Assembly: GCA_964569605.1 (NCBI GenBank)
Contig: CAZMUJ010000099.1
Span: 6,072 to 70,071, forward strand
Source of the DNA: an uncultured Acidobacteriota bacterium
GTDB lineage: Bacteria > Acidobacteriota > UBA6911 > RPQK01 > CBDAPI01
Length of the DNA: 64,000 nt
Direction: 5' to 3'
A model generated the notes under the pieces. That model made no database searches. It was not told where the DNA came from and saw only the letters and a list, made by a program, of their open reading frames with translations. Of this stretch, positions 9,283 to 17,743 are shown piece after piece (the stretch's first letter is position 1; each line of letters begins with the position of its first letter). The translations under genes and the position numbers were made by a program.

Positions 9283-11982
9283 GTGTTGAACAAAATCCTT
9301 ACCAAAATTGTAGGTAGTCAGAACGAGCGCGAGCTCAAACGGATCCAACCAATCGTTGAGGAGGTCAATGAATTAGAAAGTTCTATCAGGTCTCTTACCG
9401 ATAATGAACTGCAGAGAAAAACAGAGGACTTCAAAAATGCTTTGAACTTGGGCCAGTCAATTGAAGCAATTCTTCCCGAAGCCTTTGCTGTTGTTCGAGA
9501 GGCTAGCTGGAGAGCAATTGGCTTGCGCCACTACGATGTTCAAATCGTAGGTGGCGTCGTGTTACATAACGGCAAAATATCTGAAATGAAAACGGGAGAA
9601 GGCAAGACTCTTGTTTCAACCTTACCTGTTTATCTTAACTCACTGGAAGGTAAAGGGGTTCATCTTGTCACGGTGAATGACTATTTGGCGCGTAGAGATG
9701 CCGAGTGGATGGGTCCTGTCTATCGATTTCTCGGTTTGACAGTGGGAGTGATTCAGCATGACATGCCAGATATAGATAGGAAAGCAGCTTACAACGCTGA
9801 TGTAACTTACGGAACAAATAACGAATTTGGTTTCGACTACTTGAGAGACAATATGAAGTACTCTCAGAAAGATTGTGTTCAGCGAGGACACCATTACTCC
9901 ATAGTCGATGAAGTTGACTCTATTTTGATAGATGAAGCTCGTACTCCATTGATTATCAGTGGACCCTCAGAAGAATCTACAGACAAGTATTACAAAATCG
10001 ACAAGATAATCCCTCGGCTGAACCGTGATGAGGACTACCAAATTGATGAGAAAGCCCGGTCTGTTGTGCTGTTGGAACCAGGAATTGAAAAAGCGGAAAA
10101 AGAACTGAAAGTGACAAACCTTTATGACCCGAGTCATATGGATCTTGTTCACCATATTCAACAGGGCCTGAAAGCTCATACTCTTTTCCGTCGAGATGTT
10201 GACTATATGGTTAAGGAGGGTCAGGTAGTTATTGTGGACGAATTTACAGGACGATTGCTGCCGGGTCGTCGTTATTCAGAGGGTCTTCATCAAGCCCTGG
10301 AAGCAAAAGAAGGAGTTCGGATCGAACGGGAGAATCAAACATTGGCAACCGTCACTTTCCAGAACTATTTTCGTAAATACGAAAAATTGGCTGGCATGAC
10401 AGGAACAGCCGAAACAGAAGAGGCAGAATTTGGAAAAATTTATGAACTAGATGTCGTTGTAATCCCCACAAATCAGCCTCTTATCAGAACCGAGTATCAG
10501 GATGTGATTTATCGAACTGAACGCGAAAAGTTTAACTCTATTGCTGACGAAATTAAGAAAATGAATGAATTAGGCAGGCCTGTACTAGTAGGAACGACTT
10601 CTATCGACAAGTCAGAAAGGTTGGCTGCAGCTCTCAAGCGTCGTCGCATCAAACATGAAGTTCTCAATGCCAAATATCATGAAAATGAGGCTGAGATCAT
10701 TGCCTTTGCTGGACGTAAAAACTCAGTAACCATTGCTACTAACATGGCTGGAAGGGGTACCGACATTGTTCTGGGGGGTAATCCTGATTTTGAGGCCCGA
10801 CTGAAATTAAGATCTCGCAGTGTTGATTGGGAAGAGTCCCCTGAAGAGCTCAGGAAGGAAGTGGCCCGCCTTAGACCTGAATGGGAAAGACAACACCAGG
10901 ATGTTGTGGATTTAGGGGGACTCCATATTTTAGGAACAGAAAGACATGAGTCACGACGAATCGATAACCAGTTAAGGGGTCGTGCCGGTCGTCAGGGGGA
11001 TCCAGGTTCTAGTCGTTTTTATCTGTCCTTGGAAGATGACCTTATGAGGATTTTTGTTTCAGATCGAATCTCGGGAGTTATGCAATCACTTGGCATGGAA
11101 GAAGGAGTTCCTATTGAATCAAAGCTCATAACTCGGCAAATAGAGCGTGCTCAGAAAGAAGTGGAAGGCCGAAATTTTGGTATTCGAAAACATCTTCTTG
11201 AGTACGATGATGTAATGAACAGCCAGCGCCAAGAAGTGTATCGTTTTCGTCGAGAGCTACTGGCTGGAGAGGATCAGCAGGACTATATCTATAATTTGGC
11301 TAAAGATATCAGTCTGGAATTTATGGATGCCTTTGTCCCAGAAACAGCAGATCCAGACGATTGGCAGTTGGACGAATTTAAACTGAATTTGCAGAGAGTT
11401 TTTGGAGTCGATCTTCCCATTGGAAGCGAAGAGTTGTCCCGGCCTGAGTTAGAAGAGCTTGTCTTTAACATTATCCGTCAGACATACAAACAAAAGGGAG
11501 AAGAGCTTAACCAGGTCACGAAAAGTGAAAATTCCATGCGATGGTTTGAGCGAAGCATTATGTTGCAAATTATAGACCAACAGTGGAAAGATCATCTGTT
11601 GGCACTGGATCATCTTCGTGAAGGTATAGGTTTGAGAGGATATGGACAAAAAGATCCTCTCGTAGAATACAAACGTGAATCCTTTGAACTTTTTAGGGAT
11701 CTTTGGAATCGATCGACAGAAGAAATTGTAAAAATGCTCTTTCTCCTTCATCCGGTTGCTAGTGAAGGAGAGGCTCCTGTTCAGACACAAACACAAAGTA
11801 CATTCAGTTATTCTGGTCCTGGTCGAGATGAAGGAACAATTTCTCGCCGGTCTAGAATAGAGGCTCAATCCGGAAAGGGGATGAGTTCCGTAGGTTCCAA
11901 AGCGGTCAAGGTGGGGCGTAATCAACCTTGCCCTTGTGATTCGGGGAAGAAATACAAGAAATGCTGTGGTCGAGCGGGTTAG
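9283..11982 (+). CDS. secA: Protein translocase ATPase SecA
   Basis: MKTGEGKT, VTVNDYLA, DEVDSILIDEARTPLIISG, TNMAGRGTDI, RIDNQLRGRAGRQGDPG; C-terminal SEC-C motif CPCDSGKKYKKCC. GTG start. Confidence 0.98.
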   Translation: MLNKILTKIVGSQNERELKRIQPIVEEVNELESSIRSLTDNELQRKTEDFKNALNLGQSIEAILPEAFAVVREASWRAIGLRHYDVQIVGGVVLHNGKISEMKTGEGKTLVSTLPVYLNSLEGKGVHLVTVNDYLARRDAEWMGPVYRFLGLTVGVIQHDMPDIDRKAAYNADVTYGTNNEFGFDYLRDNMKYSQKDCVQRGHHYSIVDEVDSILIDEARTPLIISGPSEESTDKYYKIDKIIPRLNRDEDYQIDEKARSVVLLEPGIEKAEKELKVTNLYDPSHMDLVHHIQQGLKAHTLFRRDVDYMVKEGQVVIVDEFTGRLLPGRRYSEGLHQALEAKEGVRIERENQTLATVTFQNYFRKYEKLAGMTGTAETEEAEFGKIYELDVVVIPTNQPLIRTEYQDVIYRTEREKFNSIADEIKKMNELGRPVLVGTTSIDKSERLAAALKRRRIKHEVLNAKYHENEAEIIAFAGRKNSVTIATNMAGRGTDIVLGGNPDFEARLKLRSRSVDWEESPEELRKEVARLRPEWERQHQDVVDLGGLHILGTERHESRRIDNQLRGRAGRQGDPGSSRFYLSLEDDLMRIFVSDRISGVMQSLGMEEGVPIESKLITRQIERAQKEVEGRNFGIRKHLLEYDDVMNSQRQEVYRFRRELLAGEDQQDYIYNLAKDISLEFMDAFVPETADPDDWQLDEFKLNLQRVFGVDLPIGSEELSRPELEELVFNIIRQTYKQKGEELNQVTKSENSMRWFERSIMLQIIDQQWKDHLLALDHLREGIGLRGYGQKDPLVEYKRESFELFRDLWNRSTEEIVKMLFLLHPVASEGEAPVQTQTQSTFSYSGPGRDEGTISRRSRIEAQSGKGMSSVGSKAVKVGRNQPCPCDSGKKYKKCCGRAG

Positions 11983-11999
11983 CGGTTTGTAGATAATGC

Positions 12000-12018
12000 C
12001 CAGAAAACTGTTTTCTGG
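12000..12018. repeat. Short perfect inverted repeat downstream of secA
   Basis: ccagaaaac-t-gttttctgg, 18 bp after the secA stop. No U-tract follows, so function is uncertain. Confidence 0.4.
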
Positions 12019-12471
12019 AACGAGGAGCAGACATGAAATCCATCCGAACAGAGGTAATAAAGGATCAGTTCTAGATGCTTCTATTAGGAAACTGTTGTTT
12101 GTGTCAAGAAAAGTGTTATGTATTTAGATCTAGGCAAAAACTACTCCTTCAAGTTATTATGCCGGTCTTCTTACAGGTGCAGTTGTTTGTTGAGAGAAGA
12201 AAAGCCTGGTTCTTGAACCTATGGAGTTCGGGGTTTTATGTCGGCATCTTCGATAGGTTGTATTTTAGCTGAATTTCGAAAGCTTCACTATCATGGGGAT
12301 GTGAAAGTAGATATACATTGTGACTAGTAGGTTCAAGTCGGTGGGAAAACTGTAGAATCTAACAGCCATGGTCTGGCATCTGTAATCTTCAACTTGATAA
12401 AATCTTAGATTCCGTAGAAATCAGGAAAAATAGTGAAATGACCATCTTTTTATTTTTGATCGGTCAAATAA

Positions 12472-14223
12472 TTGACCCGAGTTGTGTCTCCCAAGAATGA
12501 AGATAAAATGACAGAATTTTTAATCAAACCTTACGGCGGAAAACTAATAGATCTTTGGCCTTCCAAAGAAACACTTTTTGAGCGAAGTGAACGAGTAAAA
12601 AAATTGCCTTCGATTCAAATTAGTGAACGCGCAGTCTGTGATCTTGAACTAATAGCCAATGGATCATTCTCTCCGCTAGATCGATTTATGGGAGAACAAG
12701 ATTATAGAAACGTGTTGCACGCAATGCGTATGCAAGATGGAACACTATTTCCCCTGCCAGTCACCTTGCCAGTCGATTTAAGCCCTGGCATTAGCTTAGA
12801 TAGTGAGGTCACCCTTCGAAGTTCAAAAAACGAAGCATTAGCGATTCTGAGAATCGAGGAGATCTATTCCTGGGACATGAAGGAATATTCTAGAAAAGTT
12901 TTGGGCACAGAAGATTTACGTCATCCACTTGTAGCTGAATTGTATCGATGGGGTAAGTATAAGGTTTCGGGGCGTCTACAAATGATTAAATCTCCGGGAT
13001 GGCACGATTTCAAGAGTCTCCGACTTTCTCCAATGCAGGTGAGAGAGAAGCTGATCTCTTTGGGCAAAAAAAATGTAGTTGCTTTCCAAACTAGAAATCC
13101 ACTCCATCGTATTCATGAAGAGCTGACCAAGCGGGCAATTTCTGAACACGACGGAGTTCTCCTTCTTCATCCAGTTGTTGGTCTTACTAAACCGGGAGAT
13201 GTGGATCACTACACAAGGGTAAGAACCTATAGAGCTTTGGCTGTTAATCATTACCAGGAGAATGAAATTTTGCTTGCTTTGCTGCCACTAGCTATGCGTA
13301 TGGCAGGGCCGAAGGAAGCGCTTTGGCATGCGATAATTCGTCGAAATTATGGAGCCAATCATTTAATTGTTGGTAGAGACCATGCTAGTCCAGGGAAGAA
13401 TTCTAGAGGTCAACCCTACTATCAGCCTTATGCAGCACAGAATCTAGTTGAAAAGTTTGCAGAGGAGACAGGTGTAACTTTGATTCCCTTTTCTGAATTT
13501 GTTTATTTATCCGAGGAAAAGCGTTATGAGGAACGGTCAAAGATTTCATCATCATCGCGCGTTCAATCGATTTCAGGAACTGAGGTAAGAGAACGCTTTT
13601 TAGATCAAGGCAAACAGTTACCGGAGTGGTTCACGCGTCCTGAAGTGGCGGAGATTCTTTACAGCAGCTATCCAGCTCTTCATCTGAGAGGTCTATGTAT
13701 CTGGTTTACTGGGTTAAGTGGATCAGGAAAATCAACCACTGCAGATGTACTGACCACGTTATTGTTAGAACATGGGCGTCAGGTAACTGTGCTTGATGGT
13801 GATGTGGTTAGGACTCACCTTTCAAAAGGTTTGGGGTTTTCTAAAGAAGATCGAGATATCAATATCCGACGCATTGGCTTTGTTGCAGCCGAGTTAGTAA
13901 GGCATGGAGGGACAGTTATTTGCGCGGCAGTGAGTCCTTATCGTTCTACTCGAAATGATGTTCGTAGCATGGTTGGGAAAGGTTTTGTCGAGGTTTTTGT
14001 TAATACTCCGCTGGAGATTTGTGAGAAGCGGGATGTAAAGGGAATGTATGCTAAAGCTCGAAGAGGGGAAATTACGGGTTTCACTGGTATCGATGATCCC
14101 TATGAAATGCCTGAAAATCCAGAACTTCAGCTGGATACCGTAATTAATACATGTGAACAAAATGCTGAGACAATTGTCTCTTTCCTTGTTAAGAAAGGAT
14201 ATCTGAAAAATCCTGTCAAATAG
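12472..14223 (+). CDS. sat: Bifunctional sulfate adenylyltransferase / APS kinase (Sat-CysC, PAPS synthesis)
   Basis: AFQTRNPLHRIH and VGRDHA (ATP sulfurylase); C-terminal WFTGLSGSGKST, LDGDVVR, KGLGFSKEDR, FTGIDDPYE (APS kinase). Start is TTG 12472 or ATG 12508. Confidence 0.95.
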   Translation: MTRVVSPKNEDKMTEFLIKPYGGKLIDLWPSKETLFERSERVKKLPSIQISERAVCDLELIANGSFSPLDRFMGEQDYRNVLHAMRMQDGTLFPLPVTLPVDLSPGISLDSEVTLRSSKNEALAILRIEEIYSWDMKEYSRKVLGTEDLRHPLVAELYRWGKYKVSGRLQMIKSPGWHDFKSLRLSPMQVREKLISLGKKNVVAFQTRNPLHRIHEELTKRAISEHDGVLLLHPVVGLTKPGDVDHYTRVRTYRALAVNHYQENEILLALLPLAMRMAGPKEALWHAIIRRNYGANHLIVGRDHASPGKNSRGQPYYQPYAAQNLVEKFAEETGVTLIPFSEFVYLSEEKRYEERSKISSSSRVQSISGTEVRERFLDQGKQLPEWFTRPEVAEILYSSYPALHLRGLCIWFTGLSGSGKSTTADVLTTLLLEHGRQVTVLDGDVVRTHLSKGLGFSKEDRDINIRRIGFVAAELVRHGGTVICAAVSPYRSTRNDVRSMVGKGFVEVFVNTPLEICEKRDVKGMYAKARRGEITGFTGIDDPYEMPENPELQLDTVINTCEQNAETIVSFLVKKGYLKNPVK

Positions 14224-14244
14224 CCTTAGAAAGTAGAACAGAAA

Positions 14245-15231
14245 ATGAGAAAGAAGGCATTAATTACAGGGATTACAGGTCAGGACGGTTCTTACCTTGC
14301 AGAGTTTCTTCTTGAAAAGGGATATCGGGTCGCTGGCATGGTTAGGCATTCCGGAACAGTCAACCTGGATAGAATCCAACATATCCTTGCTCGGTTAGAG
14401 CTACACCACGGAGATCTACTGGATCAGCCTTCTCTTATCAGTCTAATTGAAAAAGTAGAACCTGATGAAGTGTATAATTTAGCTGCCCAAACATTTATTC
14501 CAACATCATGGCAACAGCCTGTTCTAAATGGTGAGTTAACTGCTCTTGGTGTAACACGCTTATTGGAAGCTATTCGTTTGGTGAACTCCAGAATACGCTT
14601 TTACCAAGCTTCAAGTAGTGAGATGTTCGGTAAGGTTTTGGAAAGTCCCCAGAATGAAAAAACTCCTTTTTGCCCACGCAGTCCATACGGAGTTTCTAAG
14701 GTATACGGTCACTTCATCACTGTAAATTACCGAGAGAGCCATGGGCTTTTCGCTTGCTCGGGCATTCTTTTCAACCATGAATCTCCTAGGAGGGCCCCCG
14801 AGTTTGTTAGTCGAAAGGTGACACAAGGTGTCGCCCGGATAAAAATGGGTCTGGAAAAGCAGTTGGAATTAAGGGATCTCGATTCATCTAGAGACTGGGG
14901 GTTTGCAGGTGATTATGTCGAGGCAATGTGGCGAATGTTGCAGCTTGATCATCCCGATGATTTTGTTATAGGTTCAGGCCGAATTCATACAGTTAGGCAG
15001 TTGGTCGATAAGGCTTTTAAGTATGTGGGGCTTAGCTGGAAAAAGTATGTTTCCATTGATAAATCGCGATGTCGGCCATTTGAGACTGCTCGTCTTGTTG
15101 CCAACCCGTCGAAAGCTAGAAAAAAACTTGGTTGGAAACCAACTGTAAATTTTGACTCGCTTATTCAGATGATGGTAGATGCAGATTTAAAAAAACTGGC
15201 AGAAAAACAACCTGAGGGCTCATGCTTTTAA
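14245..15231 (+). CDS. gmd: GDP-mannose 4,6-dehydratase
   Basis: ALITGITGQDGSYLAE, YQASSSEMFG, SPYGVSK, GILFNHESPRR, RDWG. Confidence 0.93.
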   Translation: MRKKALITGITGQDGSYLAEFLLEKGYRVAGMVRHSGTVNLDRIQHILARLELHHGDLLDQPSLISLIEKVEPDEVYNLAAQTFIPTSWQQPVLNGELTALGVTRLLEAIRLVNSRIRFYQASSSEMFGKVLESPQNEKTPFCPRSPYGVSKVYGHFITVNYRESHGLFACSGILFNHESPRRAPEFVSRKVTQGVARIKMGLEKQLELRDLDSSRDWGFAGDYVEAMWRMLQLDHPDDFVIGSGRIHTVRQLVDKAFKYVGLSWKKYVSIDKSRCRPFETARLVANPSKARKKLGWKPTVNFDSLIQMMVDADLKKLAEKQPEGSCF

Positions 15232-16517
15232 ATCCTTCAGAACAATCCTTGAAAGAATCCCTAACTCAGAAGATAGAAGCACGTTCTGCTCGCCTTTGTA
15301 TAGTAGGACTTGGGTACGTGGGATTACCTCTTGCAATCAGTTTTTCGGAGGCTGGTTTCCCTGTTATAGGAATTGACATCGACACCGGGAAAATCGAGGC
15401 TCTACGCCAGGGAATTTCGCATGTTCCGGATGTTCCATCAAGCAAACTTTTAGATCAGATAGATTTTCATTCCGATTACTCACTAATTGGTAAGAGTGAT
15501 GTAGTAATTATCTGTGTGCCTACACCCCTCGGAAAAACTCGCGACCCAGACCTTAGCTACCTGGTTCGTGCTGGTGAATCAGTGGGCAGTCATTTACACA
15601 AAGGAATGTTAGTTGTTCTGGAATCAACTACCTATCCTGGAACAACTGAAGAATTGATCCAGCCTCTTCTTGAGTCTTCGGGGTTTCGGACTGGACATGA
15701 TTTTTTTCTAACTTTTTCTCCTGAACGGATCGATCCAGGGCGTTCTGACTATGTTCTGACCAATACCCCAAAGGTCGTTGGAGGTGTGACCTCCCATTGC
15801 TTGGAAGTTGCTTCTCTTCTGTACGAACAGGTAGTTAACAAGGTGATCAAGGTTTCTTCGACCCAAGCAGCAGAGATGGTCAAGCTTCTTGAGAACACCT
15901 TTCGGGCTGTTAACATTGCTCTTGTCAACGAAATTGCCATTATGTGTGACAAGTTAGATATTGATGTGTGGGAAGTAGTTCAGGCTGCATCCTCCAAGCC
16001 TTACGGATTTATGCCTTTTTCCCCTGGTCCTGGTGTAGGAGGGCATTGTATTCCGTTAGATCCACAGTATTTGTCTTGGAAGTTAAAGACACTGAATTAC
16101 AACGCACGATTTATTCAACTGGCTGATGAGATTAATTCACTCATGCCCGAGTATTGGGTGGGAAAAATTCAGGACAAACTGAATGACCGTAACAAGTCAG
16201 TAAAAGGTGGACGGATTCTTGTCCTTGGAGTTGCCTATAAGAAAGATGTGAACGATGTTCGCGAATCCCCTGCTGTCGACATGATTAGGCTTCTTCGTGA
16301 AAAGGGTGCGGATTTGTCTTACTTCGATCCCCATGTTCCGGTTCTTAAGTTAGATGATCTAGAAATTGTGTGTGTGACTGATCTCCGTTCGGCCCTTGAG
16401 AAGGCAGATTGTACGGTTGTTGCCACTGATCACACTTGGTTTGATTGGAATTGTGTCAAGGAGATTAGCGAGCTAATAGTTGATACTCGGCATGTTAACG
16501 AACTAAGTGGAGACTAG
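15222..16517 (+). CDS. Nucleotide-sugar 6-dehydrogenase (UDP-GlcNAc/UDP-ManNAc dehydrogenase family)
   Basis: GLGYVGLP, ICVPTP, LESTTYPGTT, FSPERIDPG, KLLENTFR, GVGGHCIP, LGVAYK. Confidence 0.92.
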   Translation: MLLNPSEQSLKESLTQKIEARSARLCIVGLGYVGLPLAISFSEAGFPVIGIDIDTGKIEALRQGISHVPDVPSSKLLDQIDFHSDYSLIGKSDVVIICVPTPLGKTRDPDLSYLVRAGESVGSHLHKGMLVVLESTTYPGTTEELIQPLLESSGFRTGHDFFLTFSPERIDPGRSDYVLTNTPKVVGGVTSHCLEVASLLYEQVVNKVIKVSSTQAAEMVKLLENTFRAVNIALVNEIAIMCDKLDIDVWEVVQAASSKPYGFMPFSPGPGVGGHCIPLDPQYLSWKLKTLNYNARFIQLADEINSLMPEYWVGKIQDKLNDRNKSVKGGRILVLGVAYKKDVNDVRESPAVDMIRLLREKGADLSYFDPHVPVLKLDDLEIVCVTDLRSALEKADCTVVATDHTWFDWNCVKEISELIVDTRHVNELSGD

Positions 16518-17499
16518 AGTGGCTGGTGCTAGGTATTTGGTAACAGGTTCAGCTGGTTTTATTGGATCTAGGGTATCAAGTCTCTTGTTGGCTAATGGGC
16601 ACGAGGTGGTTGGCTTGGATAACCTCAATGCGGCTTATGATGTCCGACTCAAAAACTGGAGGCTCAAAAAACTATTACCAATTCCGGGGTTTTCATTCAT
16701 CCATTCGGATATCTGTGAGCGAGAAAACCTTGAGAGCCTTCTAGCGAAACAACCCAAATTAGATGCAATCATTAATCTAGCAGCTAGGGCTGGAGTTAGA
16801 CAATCTATTGATGATCCTTGGGTCTATTTTGAAACAAATTGTACAGGAACCTTAAATCTTTTGAACCACTGTGTGAACAAAGGAATTGAGAAGTTCGTAC
16901 AGGCATCGACTTCCAGTGTCTATGGTGATTGTGCCACTCAACCGTTTCACGAAAATCTTCCAACCGACCAGCCCCTTTCCCCTTATGCTGCATCAAAGAA
17001 GGCTTGTGAAGCACTTTGTCACAGCTATCACCACTTGTATGGTTTGGACATCAGCGTGTTACGTTATTTTACGGTTTATGGTCCTGCTGGAAGACCCGAC
17101 ATGAGTCTCTTTCGCTTTGTTCGTTGGATTAATGAAGGAGAACCAATAAGGGTTTTTGGAGATGGTAGCCAGTCACGGGATTTTACATATATTGATGACA
17201 TAGCTCGTGGAACGATCGCAGCCCTGAAAAAACTTGGTTGGTCAGTCATCAATTTAGGATCGGATTCACCTCTGGAACTCAATCAAGCGATTGCACTGGT
17301 AGAACTCCAAGTAGGAAGGAAGGCAATTATCAAATACGAGCCTAAACACGTTTGCGATGTAAGTAGGACCTGGGCCAACATTTCACGTGCCCGGGAAGTC
17401 CTCAAATGGGAGCCTAAGGTTCCAATCAATGAAGGTATTGGAAAATTAACAGAATGGTATCATGCCAACAGCGCGTGGGCTCAAAAACTAATTATATAA
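16507..17499 (+). CDS. NAD-dependent epimerase, UDP-glucuronate 4-epimerase-like
   Basis: VTGSAGFIG, NLAARAGVR, ASTSSVYG, SPYAASK, RYFTVYGPAGRPDM, RDFTYIDD. Confidence 0.88.
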   Translation: METRVAGARYLVTGSAGFIGSRVSSLLLANGHEVVGLDNLNAAYDVRLKNWRLKKLLPIPGFSFIHSDICERENLESLLAKQPKLDAIINLAARAGVRQSIDDPWVYFETNCTGTLNLLNHCVNKGIEKFVQASTSSVYGDCATQPFHENLPTDQPLSPYAASKKACEALCHSYHHLYGLDISVLRYFTVYGPAGRPDMSLFRFVRWINEGEPIRVFGDGSQSRDFTYIDDIARGTIAALKKLGWSVINLGSDSPLELNQAIALVELQVGRKAIIKYEPKHVCDVSRTWANISRAREVLKWEPKVPINEGIGKLTEWYHANSAWAQKLII

Positions 17500-17743
17500 A
17501 CAATAGTCAGATGATTAATCTCTAGTCTTTTGTTGCAGCTATGCTTGTCAAGTGAGCATATATCTTCTGAACATTTCCTGAAAACTTATCTTATGTTGTC
17601 TTGTCTAGAACCTGTTTTTTAGAGCTACAAACTGGAGCACACTTCATTCAATAATGAATGAGGTTAGGCAACTCACAGAGTAGACTCAGCTGTTCCTTAG
17701 TGTTTTGTTAGTTAAACAGCCTAGGGGATTTCAGTCCAGGATT

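Noticed and set aside
11929-11970. SecA metal-binding tail CPCDSG instead of CPCGSG
   Set aside because: Single substitution with all four metal-ligand cysteines intact; not meaningful alone.
12118-12327. In-frame TGA between two short open stretches (..EEKPGS*TYGVRGF..) as possible selenocysteine
   Set aside because: No selenoprotein-like context, no recognisable SECIS hairpin, no RBS, and no recognisable family.
12331-12339. GTTCAAGTC T-loop-like motif suggesting a tRNA
   Set aside because: Flanks do not form a T-stem, acceptor stem or cloverleaf.
17642-17663. Hairpin between the convergent epimerase and nrdJ genes as a bidirectional terminator
   Set aside because: AT-rich 7-9 bp stem without U-tracts; too weak to call.
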